The notes under the pieces are model-generated. The model saw only the letters and a program-made list of their open reading frames with translations, was not told the origin of the DNA and did no database searches. A stretch of DNA of 36,492 nt from a virus. Taxonomy: Duplodnaviria > Heunggongvirae > Uroviricota > Caudoviricetes. Positions 27,823 through 36,159 of the stretch are shown one piece after another. The stretch is taken from IMG/VR virus record IMGVR_UViG_3300017650_000009, one strand, 5' to 3'. How positions within the stretch are numbered: the first letter of the stretch is position 1; each line of letters begins with the position of its first letter. The translations under genes and the position numbers were made by a program.

Positions 27823-27876
27823 TTCGATCTCCTTTATCCAATACTAACATAGGAAGGATAACTGTCAACCTATTTT
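27823..27876 (-). promoter_or_regulatory. early promoter and RBS cassette
   Basis: AAAATAGG-TTGAC-agttatccttcctatg-TTAGTAT...AGGAGATCGAA. Confidence 0.8.
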
Positions 27877-28016
27877 GTTTTTTTGTAAAGCTTTGATTTT
27901 TATGATGTAATCTAAATACCTCTTTACGTGGTTTTCGTTAAAAGACACGTATTTTATGAACAAAAGCTCAAAAACGGCAGTTTTTAGCCTATTTGGCACG
28001 CATAAATTGATTGGTT

Positions 28017-28108
28017 TATAAATAATCTGTGGGCTTGAACAGAACGCAAATTACCCCTTGGGGGTTAAGACCACGATCCAGAAATGGATCATTTAAGGAG
28101 AGTTCCAG
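28017..28108 (+). promoter_or_regulatory. late promoter TATAAATA and structured leader of the scaffold-capsid operon
   Basis: TATAAATA at 28017-28024; hairpins ACCCC-TTG-GGGGT and GATCCA-GAAA-TGGATC before AAGGAG. Confidence 0.75.
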
Positions 28109-29518
28109 ATGGAAAAAGGATTGAAAGAGCTTTTGGAAAGTGCAGTTCTCAGTGATGAGAACAAGGCTGCACTCGCTGAAGCTTGGAATTCGAAGCTGGA
28201 CGAAGTACGAAATTCTGTTCGCGAGGAAGTCGAAACCGGCCTTCGTGAAGAGTTTGCTAGTAAATTTGCTGCTGACAAGAATCAACTTGTTGAAGCAATG
28301 GATCAAATGCTCAATGACGCCATCAAGGCGAATACTGAACAGACCGCAGTTGAATTAAAGTCTATTCAGGAAGAGCGTGCTCGTCTCACCACAGCTATCA
28401 AGGAAGCTCGCGCCGACTATAAGTCTCGTACCGCTTCTCATCAAGAAATGTTGAAGTCTTTTGTTATGGAAACACTAACAAAGGAACTTACAGAGTTCGC
28501 TCAGGACCAGAAGGCTTTGAGAGAACAGAGAGTCAAAGTTGCGAATGAATCCGCAGCATTGAAAGCAGAATATTCTACTAAGCTTTCCGAAAATATGGAA
28601 AAGCTTCAGAGCATCGTAGTTGCAAAGCTCGCAGAAGAACTAAAGAACCTCAAGGGTCAGCAGGCAAAGCTCGCTGAAACAGAAGTTCGTACTTCTAAGA
28701 AGCTTGACGAACACCGTGCAGAGTTGAACGATCAGACAGCAAAGAGCATCAAGATGCTTGAGTCGTTTGTTATGGGTCAGCTTAACAAGGAACTCGTTGA
28801 GTTTGAAGAGGACAAGAAGGGTCTCGTAGAGGCGCGTGTCCGATTCGCAAGCGAAGCAAAGGCTAAGATTGCAGAAACCCGCAAGGCATTCATCGAACGC
28901 GCAACTAAGGTTGTTGAGTCCACAGTTGATTCGCATTTGCGTAAGGAATTGTCCCAGCTAAAGGAAGATCTCGTAGAAGCCCGCCAGAACATTTTTGGTC
29001 GTCGCTTGTTCGAAGCTTTCCAGAGCGAGTATATGGCCAGCTATTTGAGCGAAGGCTCACAGGTCAAGAAAATCTCTGCCAAGCTTGCTGAGGCACAGGA
29101 ACAGCTCGAAAAATCCGCTAAGAAGCTCGATGAGCAAGCAAAGCTCGTTGAGTCAATGGAACGTCGAGTTAAGCTTTCAGAAGAGCGTGCTGCTCGCGAG
29201 CGCACACTTAATGAACTTTTGTCCCCACTAAGCAAGGACAAGAGAGCTGTAATGGGAGAGCTACTTGAGAGCGTCAAAACTGATTCTCTAAAGACAGCAT
29301 TCCAAAAGTATCTGCCAACCATTCTCACTGAGGGTGAACGCGGCAGTGCAACAAAGGGTCGACAGTTGTTGTCGGAAACCCCCGTAACCACAAAGCGCTC
29401 CGTCAGTGAAGTCACTGGGGACCGTAACAATCGTCTAACCGAAGCTGCCCGCACGGAAGAACAGCATGATGAATCCGCAGAGATCGTCGAGCTACGCCGT
29501 TTGGCCGGATTAAATTAA
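28109..29518 (+). CDS. gp22: prohead scaffolding protein
   Basis: Long coiled coil directly upstream of the capsid gene; FGRRLFEAF..E motif and C-terminal LRRLAGL. Confidence 0.85.
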   Translation: MEKGLKELLESAVLSDENKAALAEAWNSKLDEVRNSVREEVETGLREEFASKFAADKNQLVEAMDQMLNDAIKANTEQTAVELKSIQEERARLTTAIKEARADYKSRTASHQEMLKSFVMETLTKELTEFAQDQKALREQRVKVANESAALKAEYSTKLSENMEKLQSIVVAKLAEELKNLKGQQAKLAETEVRTSKKLDEHRAELNDQTAKSIKMLESFVMGQLNKELVEFEEDKKGLVEARVRFASEAKAKIAETRKAFIERATKVVESTVDSHLRKELSQLKEDLVEARQNIFGRRLFEAFQSEYMASYLSEGSQVKKISAKLAEAQEQLEKSAKKLDEQAKLVESMERRVKLSEERAARERTLNELLSPLSKDKRAVMGELLESVKTDSLKTAFQKYLPTILTEGERGSATKGRQLLSETPVTTKRSVSEVTGDRNNRLTEAARTEEQHDESAEIVELRRLAGLN

Positions 29519-29532
29519 GTGAGGAATTTAAA

Positions 29533-30762
29533 ATGAGTAAGCTTTTTGAAAGCAATTGGACTAAGACCAAGGAAGCTCTTTGCGAAGGTCGCGACCTTTT
29601 GGTCAACATGGATGGTACTTCTAACCCTAACAAGAAGAAGACCATGGAAACCATTCTTGAGAACACACGTCAGGAAATGCTACGTCGTTCTCCTCTTATG
29701 GAACATGCTACTGCTGGTGCAACCGCAGCTGGTAACGTTGCTACTTTGAACAAGGTTATTATGCCTGTTCTTCGTCGTGTTATGCCAACTGTTATTGCTA
29801 ACGAAATCATCGGCGTTCAGCCAATGACTGGCCCAGTTGCACAGATCCACACCCTACGCGTTCGTTATGCTGATACGACTCCTGCTGCTGGCGGTGGCGT
29901 AACTGCTGGTACTGAAGCTCTATCCCCATTCGATATTGCTAAGTATTACTCCGGTAACGAAGACGTTGCACGCCCAGGCGCAGCTCCAACCGCTGTTCTC
30001 GAAGGTCGTCCAGGTAATCGTCTAAGCATCCAGATCCTCAAGGAAACAGTTGAAGTTAAGACACGTCGTCTCAGCGCACGTTGGACTTTCGAAGCTGCTC
30101 AGGATGCACAGGCTCAGCAGGGCATCGACATCGAAGCTGAAGTTATGGCAGCTCTCGCACAGGAAATCACCGCAGAAATCGACCAGGAAATCCTAACTTC
30201 CCTACGTCGTCTTCCAGGTGCAGCAACTTCTACATACGATCAGGCAAACGTTTCTGGTACAGCTACTTTCGTTGGTGACGAGCACGCTGCTCTTGCAGTT
30301 CTCATCAACCGTCAGGCTAACTTGATCGCTTCCCGTACACGTCGTGGTCCAGGTAACTGGATCGTTGTTTCCCCAACTGCTCTTACTGTATTGCAGTCGG
30401 CTACAACTTCCGCGTTCGCACGTACAACTGAAGGCGTTTTTGAAGCTCCAACCAACACCAAGTACGTTGGTACGCTCAACAACTCCATGCGCGTTTATGT
30501 TGACCAGTACGCACCAGATAACACACCAGTTCTAGTTGGTTACAAGGGCCAGGGCGAAATCGACGCTGCTGCTTACTACTGCCCATATGTTCCGCTAACA
30601 AGCTCTGGCGTTGTTATTGATCCGCAGACCTTCGAACCAGTCGTGTCCTTCATGACACGTTATGGCTACCTAGAGCTAACGAACTCCGCTTCGTCTCTTG
30701 GTAACGCAGCTGACTACTTGGGTCTCGTTGCTATCGATACCAACAATTTGAAGTTCCTTTAA
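29533..30762 (+). CDS. gp23: major capsid protein
   Basis: ILEN, RRVMP..IA.EIIGVQPMTGP, R.L.ARWT.EA.QD, EI.AEID.EI, YCPYVPL and MTRYG motifs. Confidence 0.98.
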   Translation: MSKLFESNWTKTKEALCEGRDLLVNMDGTSNPNKKKTMETILENTRQEMLRRSPLMEHATAGATAAGNVATLNKVIMPVLRRVMPTVIANEIIGVQPMTGPVAQIHTLRVRYADTTPAAGGGVTAGTEALSPFDIAKYYSGNEDVARPGAAPTAVLEGRPGNRLSIQILKETVEVKTRRLSARWTFEAAQDAQAQQGIDIEAEVMAALAQEITAEIDQEILTSLRRLPGAATSTYDQANVSGTATFVGDEHAALAVLINRQANLIASRTRRGPGNWIVVSPTALTVLQSATTSAFARTTEGVFEAPTNTKYVGTLNNSMRVYVDQYAPDNTPVLVGYKGQGEIDAAAYYCPYVPLTSSGVVIDPQTFEPVVSFMTRYGYLELTNSASSLGNAADYLGLVAIDTNNLKFL

Positions 30763-30788
30763 TCCTCGGATTAAAATACTTTATGGAG

Positions 30789-30812
30789 AACCCGGCCATT
30801 GGCCGGGTTTTT
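30789..30812 (+). terminator. intrinsic terminator
   Basis: AACCCGGCCA-t-TGGCCGGGTT followed by a T run; a second hairpin TTTAATCC-tc-GGATTAAA covers the stop codon. Confidence 0.85.
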
Positions 30813-30814
30813 CA

Positions 30815-31162
30815 TTATACGGGAAACATTGTAGGACGTTGTATTCGAATACGAATACTATTAGTGGAAACCATCATAACATGTGTTTCCAAATTCATAT
30901 AACGGCCACTACGGTAATGTGAACCAAACCACTTCATTTGTGCAATTCGCACAAACGGACCCATCGACTTACAGATGCCATAATCCGATGCTTTGTTGAC
31001 AGCTACACCTGCTCCGGACTTTGTATCACGCTTGAAAAGCAAATCTATATGAGTCTCCTCAATCGTAGGCTCACATGATATATATGGCTTAATGTTAAAA
31101 TCCTCAAAATGGAATATCACATGTTTATTCGTGCCATTTTTAATGAACAAATGTGTTTTCAT
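30815..31162 (-). CDS. hypothetical protein
   Basis: TAATG coupling to the upstream gene. Confidence 0.7.
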   Translation of the reverse strand: MKTHLFIKNGTNKHVIFHFEDFNIKPYISCEPTIEETHIDLLFKRDTKSGAGVAVNKASDYGICKSMGPFVRIAQMKWFGSHYRSGRYMNLETHVMMVSTNSIRIRIQRPTMFPV

Positions 31163-31746
31163 TACTTCTTCATTGATAGAACTATTTGAGTTCCATCTTT
31201 CCCTTGTAATGTTAGTTGGCCATCAATAACTTCAAACCCAGACTTGTTAATGAGTTCCAAAGCTGCTTGGAACGTACCATTTTGCGCATTCGTTTGTGAA
31301 CTCGAATATGTCTTAGGTTGGTAAAAAGCTTCCTGCCGATCCTTCTCATCAAAATGATTGCGATGAGCGCGGTCGAACATTTCCAATTCACTCTTATCGA
31401 AACCCGTAGGTGGTTTCAAAGCATGTTCAATATCTCTGAAATCAAATACAACCTTGGAATACGTACCGAATTCAGTAATATCCCCATCCATTCGAGTCAC
31501 ACCATCCGGGATAATACGCTTGAGCCAACGTCCTTGACCAAAGCGCAAGAATGGAATGTTTTGTGGGAACTTGGATACTTTAATTGTCTTCGGTTCTTGC
31601 TGTCGATACAAATAACAAGCAAGCTCGTCACCTAAGTCTTCAACTCGAAAGCATTCAAATTGATCCAAAAACGTTTCAGTCGTTTCATCGATAGTCATGA
31701 AACGATCTGCGGCATTGCTTCGTACTCTAAATTTTTTACTCGTCAT
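31162..31746 (-). CDS. hypothetical protein
   Basis: AAGGAG RBS; TTGATT...TG-CTATGGT promoter-like sequence upstream. Confidence 0.8.
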   Translation of the reverse strand: MTSKKFRVRSNAADRFMTIDETTETFLDQFECFRVEDLGDELACYLYRQQEPKTIKVSKFPQNIPFLRFGQGRWLKRIIPDGVTRMDGDITEFGTYSKVVFDFRDIEHALKPPTGFDKSELEMFDRAHRNHFDEKDRQEAFYQPKTYSSSQTNAQNGTFQAALELINKSGFEVIDGQLTLQGKDGTQIVLSMKK

Positions 31747-31808
31747 AATAGACTCCTTTTGCGTACCATAGCAGGTCGTCCACAGCTAAATCAATATTTG
31801 AGAAGGTG

Positions 31809-31814
31809 TAAATA
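31809..31814 (+). promoter_or_regulatory. late promoter
   Basis: TAAATA about 20 nt upstream of ATG 31834. Confidence 0.65.
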
Positions 31815-31833
31815 GCTTACCAACAGAGGATAG

Positions 31834-32712
31834 ATGATGAGTATAAACCTTGACCGTTTTTATAAAGACAAAGCTATTGAGTTTGCCAGTATGTATGACT
31901 CCTGGACTAACACCCGTCCTGATGGAACTAAAGACTTTCCGTTTCCAATAAAAACAGCAAAAAACATATATGATACGTATTTTTCTTCTGGTGAATCACC
32001 AATGGAAAAAATTCATCAAGTAAATGCTGATCCCTCTAGATTTATGGAAAGTATTTTTGGTCAACAAAACTATAGTTTGGATTCATCCGGTACCTTTCTG
32101 AAACCACTTGATTACCAGCTTATTTGTTTGGAACTATTTGAGTCAAATAAAAATGTTGCTATTTTGGCAGGACGTCAAATGGGAATTACATCTATGCTTC
32201 GGGCTTATGCTCTTTGGTTTTGTTTGCAGAAAACAAATGCAACTATTTTCATTCTAACTCCTCGAGCATCAACAGCTACTGAATTAATCAATGATATAAA
32301 AGCATTGATAAAAAAACATTTGTTCTTCCCTTATATGGATATCACTACTTTGAATAAAAACAGTATAAGATTCTCAAATGGAAGTTCAATAATAGCTTCG
32401 TCAGATATCTATAATTCTCGCGGCCGTACTATAAATTTGTTAATTGCTGATGGTGCAAATTTATATAACAAATTAGATTTAACTTGTATTGCGCCCATGA
32501 CGGTTTCGAACCAGATCATTTTCACAGCTTCTGGTGGTTTTGATGGTAAAAATCCGTTCACTGAATTTGTTGATAAATTCAAACCAGAGTTCGTAAAAAT
32601 TAATAGCTCTTTGCTGCCGTCGGACACATTAGCAAAGCGTCAAATGCACGGGAATGGTAGGTTTCAATATGATTACGAAGCTATCACACCAGATTGGAAA
32701 GAGCCTTACTAA
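31834..32712 (+). CDS. terminase large-subunit ATPase-domain paralogue with degenerate motifs
   Basis: P.DYQ, AGRQMGITS, I.FSNGS.I, RGRTINLLIADG; no nuclease domain. Confidence 0.75.
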   Translation: MMSINLDRFYKDKAIEFASMYDSWTNTRPDGTKDFPFPIKTAKNIYDTYFSSGESPMEKIHQVNADPSRFMESIFGQQNYSLDSSGTFLKPLDYQLICLELFESNKNVAILAGRQMGITSMLRAYALWFCLQKTNATIFILTPRASTATELINDIKALIKKHLFFPYMDITTLNKNSIRFSNGSSIIASSDIYNSRGRTINLLIADGANLYNKLDLTCIAPMTVSNQIIFTASGGFDGKNPFTEFVDKFKPEFVKINSSLLPSDTLAKRQMHGNGRFQYDYEAITPDWKEPY

Positions 32713-32998
32713 TCCGGCGAATCTCGTCCAAATTGGGCTCATCCGCATTAATTGCAACTTCTAGCGCCACAACTAACTCATTAATTTCTTCGGCATCCAC
32801 AACTATTTTGGATCTTGCACCGGGTTTTGTCATATTAATGAGGTCAATAACCTCAGCATCGATAGCAAAGCCTGGTCCGCCCATCGAGTCCAAGGTCTTT
32901 CCCGTAACAATGCAATTCTTCAGCGCAGCCGTAGTAATGAAAGCTTTTGGTGTTTCATCCGTTACGGGGATCAAATCATAATACAAAGTCTTCGCCAT
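32684..32998 (-). CDS. hypothetical protein
   Basis: GAGG RBS; last gene of the minus-strand operon. Confidence 0.75.
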   Translation of the reverse strand: MAKTLYYDLIPVTDETPKAFITTAALKNCIVTGKTLDSMGGPGFAIDAEVIDLINMTKPGARSKIVVDAEEINELVVALEVAINADEPNLDEIRRISKALSNLV

Positions 32999-34208
32999 GG
33001 TTGCCTCTTGGGTTAAAAAACAATTCTCTAATGTGCGGCTGCTTCTCTACTTTTGTAAGCCAAGGAACTTCGAGCGCCAAGCGTTGCACGAGTTTACGAC
33101 GAGCCGACAAGTTTTTCTTTTGAATATATTCTTTCCGCTTACGTATGGCCGCAGACTCCAATGACTTTCGGGTAAATCCCTCAACCACTTCGTAGTCTAG
33201 AAACTCCACAGGACGCTTGGGAGCGTTCAACTGCTCAAGCTTTGCCGCCGGTAGCTTTTCGACATTACCGCGTTGTATGATGTTCGCTTCCATAAGGATG
33301 ACGTCTTCTAGCCCGCTGGTGCAATGTAAAACTAGACTTGCAAGGTGATCGAACACCGTAACGTTCGGCGTATAGATGCACAAACTTGCGATAAACTCAT
33401 CGGTTTCCGCGCACAATACTCGTGTCACACAAGCACCATGTGAACCACTAATCGAGCCATATGGATCCTTTGATAGCGAGAATTTATATTTTGTTCCAGT
33501 TACGATGATCTCTTTTCCACTCAAGAACAAACTGCTAGTGGACTCACCCGCGATGGAATCCAAAACTTGTGCACTTCTCTTTAGCGCTCGTTTAGTTTCC
33601 TTTGGTAAAACTTTCACTTCAGCAGTCTTAAGTCGTGTTTGAAATACTTCTAATTCTGGATCACGACGATGAATGATCTCGAATTCGCTAAAATCCGGCT
33701 TTACTTCGAGTGCGTCCCATTGTGCACTAATCCGATACAACGAATGCAAATGATTCGTATGTTCGGCTAACATTTGTTTTCCATCATAGAAAACAATGCC
33801 GTTGCTCGTGTGGCGTTGGAAACGTTTATACGTGTCGATCGTTGATAAGATGCTGTTGGCATCATCAACTAGTGTTGATGCCGTTTGTCTAACTAGCTGA
33901 TCAATCGATGGCATATAAGCAATAGCATAACCCAAGCAGAGCACAACATGCTCCCAAGGAGCGTCTTGCTGCCATTCCAAATATAGCTTCTCAAGGTAAT
34001 CTCCCCAAGCTTCCAACGTACTCATGTGTTGGTCTTTCTTGAGGTCCTCCATTGAATCAAGCGAATCAACAAGTTGTGTGATATTCGGATGAAATTTGGT
34101 TGCCCACAAATACACGTCTAGTGGAATATGAAAACTACTCACCGAACAATCAAGGAAATACATGACATCATGAGCGGGTGGTGTATTTGTGAACTCAATC
34201 GTATGCAT
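32976..34208 (-). CDS. hypothetical protein, coupled to the RGG-terminal protein
   Basis: 410 aa, TAATG coupling; C-terminal region ...LCIYTP..TVFDHLASLVLH...GLE..IL.EAN. Confidence 0.85.
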   Translation of the reverse strand: MHTIEFTNTPPAHDVMYFLDCSVSSFHIPLDVYLWATKFHPNITQLVDSLDSMEDLKKDQHMSTLEAWGDYLEKLYLEWQQDAPWEHVVLCLGYAIAYMPSIDQLVRQTASTLVDDANSILSTIDTYKRFQRHTSNGIVFYDGKQMLAEHTNHLHSLYRISAQWDALEVKPDFSEFEIIHRRDPELEVFQTRLKTAEVKVLPKETKRALKRSAQVLDSIAGESTSSLFLSGKEIIVTGTKYKFSLSKDPYGSISGSHGACVTRVLCAETDEFIASLCIYTPNVTVFDHLASLVLHCTSGLEDVILMEANIIQRGNVEKLPAAKLEQLNAPKRPVEFLDYEVVEGFTRKSLESAAIRKRKEYIQKKNLSARRKLVQRLALEVPWLTKVEKQPHIRELFFNPRGNHGEDFVL

Positions 34209-34573
34209 TAGCCGCCCCGGTATTGTGGAGTAGCAATTGCATTATGTTGTGCAATTTCCTTTGCACTAGTGGATGGACGAATAGTGTTGAATACTGTCCC
34301 TGCGATGCGCTTGACAATACCAACTTTGCCCTCGGTGAAAAGCTTCTCGACGTCATCATCTGGAACGCTAATTGTGCGGCCCTTGATATCTTCGAGCTTC
34401 TTAATCTCTGTGAGCTGGTTTTTGTTGAATGGTTCGACAAGAAAAAAGCGAACTCCTTGATCCAGCTTTTTCTGAATCAACTGTGCCATTTCATCGTCTT
34501 TGTCAGCTTCCCACGTAATCGTAAGATCGCCCATTTCGTTGAACAAAGTGAGACTGCGATTTGTTTCAGACAT
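34208..34573 (-). CDS. putative ubiquitin-like (beta-grasp) protein ending in -RGG
   Basis: 121 aa; predicted beta-beta-alpha-beta...beta pattern; C-terminus TPQYRGG-stop. The CDS is well supported; the fold is inferred. Confidence 0.55.
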   Translation of the reverse strand: MSETNRSLTLFNEMGDLTITWEADKDDEMAQLIQKKLDQGVRFFLVEPFNKNQLTEIKKLEDIKGRTISVPDDDVEKLFTEGKVGIVKRIAGTVFNTIRPSTSAKEIAQHNAIATPQYRGG

Positions 34574-35139
34574 CAGAACCTCTTTTCGTGAATCTTGTAT
34601 TCTTCATTTGCATAATAGGGTTCCCTAGCAATGTCAAGAATGTTTCCCTCGTGAGCAGCTTTGCCAAACTCGTTAACTTTTGCTCGAGGCATATAAAGGG
34701 TAAATGGCCGCTTTAATACTTGTGTTTCCGTTTTGGGATCCCATACGCCGAAATCAGTTGCAAGGAACCGTTTTTCACCATTTATTTGGTATTGACTTGT
34801 ATAATCGGATAAACCATTTCCGCATGATCCATCAAACCCCATTGCACGGCAAACTTCCCATGAAAATATCTTACTAAATGTATCAACCTTTTTATCTATG
34901 ATATTACCGGTGATGAGATCCTTTGCGCCGATACTTACAAATCCAATTTTATGAAGCCGAGCCAGCGCAAACAGAATCGAAAGATTCATAGCTTTTAGCT
35001 CAAGCCGCTTTAAACTGATTCCGGGAAATTCAAATTTTAATGGTTTATTGAATTCATCGAGGAATGCATTCACAATCCGAGGATGAGTTAGAATTTCACC
35101 TTTGAGGTTTTTGAGTTCAGGGACGATCATTGTGGTCAA
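34573..35139 (-). CDS. hypothetical protein
   Basis: AAGGAG RBS, TTG start, TGATG coupling to the next gene. Confidence 0.75.
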   Translation of the reverse strand: MTTMIVPELKNLKGEILTHPRIVNAFLDEFNKPLKFEFPGISLKRLELKAMNLSILFALARLHKIGFVSIGAKDLITGNIIDKKVDTFSKIFSWEVCRAMGFDGSCGNGLSDYTSQYQINGEKRFLATDFGVWDPKTETQVLKRPFTLYMPRAKVNEFGKAAHEGNILDIAREPYYANEEYKIHEKRF

Positions 35140-35443
35140 AAAACTCCTTATTGCGCTTCAGGCAATATTCATTAAATTCGGGCGTTTCTTGACCTGAACG
35201 AATTTGCCATTCAAAAAATGTTGAACACAGTTGGTTGAATGAGTGCAAACTCTTAATGCGATTTTCTGCAAACATCTGATCCCAAGCTGCTGCTCGATAA
35301 TAATCTTTTACCACGTTTGGAACATATACAGCCGTAAACAGACCGACAACAATGATTGCCAGGAAAACCACACCATATAACGCACTGGATGGCTCTTTTG
35401 GATCACAACCCGCGGTATTATCTCTTGGAGGTCTGCTAGGCAT
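35117..35443 (-). CDS. single-TM membrane protein
   Basis: TM segment ALYGVVFLAIIVVGLFTAVYV; two Cys in the C-terminal part; AAGGA RBS. Confidence 0.8.
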   Translation of the reverse strand: MPSRPPRDNTAGCDPKEPSSALYGVVFLAIIVVGLFTAVYVPNVVKDYYRAAAWDQMFAENRIKSLHSFNQLCSTFFEWQIRSGQETPEFNEYCLKRNKEFFDHNDRP

Positions 35444-35465
35444 TTATGTTTCCTTTTGATATGAC

Positions 35466-35506
35466 AATGGTTCCAACTGTTATAGCTGGAACCATTACCG
35501 TGTCAA
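35466..35506 (-). promoter_or_regulatory. sigma70-type promoter with the -10 box inside an inverted repeat
   Basis: TTGACA-N16-TATAAC; arms AATGGTTCCA/TGGAACCATT. Confidence 0.75.
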
Positions 35507-35515
35507 CCGTTACTA

Positions 35516-35893
35516 TTATGCAACGGTCTTAACATCCTTCTTCGCCCGGCGCTTGCGAAGTGCCTTGAGACGTGGACGCAGAATCTTAGTTTCCTGCACA
35601 TCAAACATCATCTTGATGGCTACTGCATCACGTTCGTCGGACAGGTAGATCTTGTCCACGTAAACGATCTTTTCGTCGAATTCGCGAGAACGTGGGGACT
35701 TGCGGCGAGAATCCTTGTGCGTATAGGTCGTAACCTTGTAATAGCCCTGGGCATTTTCGGTGCACCACGTGTTCACATCATCCGGCGAGATCTGATGCTG
35801 GCCGAAATAAAAGCGAATTGGGAAAGCATAATAGAAACCAATTTCACCATGCTTTTCGGAAGTGCGACCATAGTCCTGAAGCGTAGTAGACAT
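35516..35893 (-). CDS. hypothetical protein (paralogue family)
   Basis: ATG 35893 after AAGGA; WCTEN..GYY and IYLSDERDAVAIKMMF. Confidence 0.85.
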   Translation of the reverse strand: MSTTLQDYGRTSEKHGEIGFYYAFPIRFYFGQHQISPDDVNTWCTENAQGYYKVTTYTHKDSRRKSPRSREFDEKIVYVDKIYLSDERDAVAIKMMFDVQETKILRPRLKALRKRRAKKDVKTVA

Positions 35894-35904
35894 TTTGTTT
35901 TCCT

Positions 35905-35976
35905 TTCGATCTGCAACACCATTGTTGCTTTCATATTCTTGTTCTAGCACATTAGGAAGGCTAGTCAACCTGTTTT
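35905..35976 (-). promoter_or_regulatory. early cassette-type promoter
   Basis: AAAACAGG-TTGAC-tagccttcctaatgtg-CTAGAAC; AGATCGAA just upstream of the RBS. Confidence 0.8.
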
Positions 35977-36010
35977 GGAAAGAAAAATAAAAAACTGAAT
36001 AAAAAAGTCA

Positions 36011-36038
36011 TAAAAAAAGGATGCACTTGGCATCCTTT
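36011..36038 (-). terminator. intrinsic terminator
   Basis: Minus strand AAAGGATGC-caagt-GCATCCTTT followed by a T run. Confidence 0.85.
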
Positions 36039-36048
36039 ATCCTTTTTA

Positions 36049-36159
36049 AACTAGACCCACGTAGCAGCTTCTTTCACCGACTTGCACGGTCTTTGGTCGC
36101 TTGCCTTTTATATCGGACTGACCGAGCGGTCTAGTTACCGAAGGAGGGCCGAAGCCCTC
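36049..36159 (-). ncRNA. putative small structured RNA (ribozyme-like or T-loop-containing)
   Basis: GAGGGC-UUCG-GCCCUC hairpin, then a 9-bp AACUAGACC/GGUCUAGUU stem enclosing GGUC/GACC and ACCG-UGCAAGU-CGGU arms. Confidence 0.55.

Noticed and set aside
25269-27876. CRISPR array or integron attC cassettes
   Set aside because: The repeats are short promoter/RBS motifs separated by whole genes at irregular spacing; no cas or integrase gene and no attC-like palindromes.
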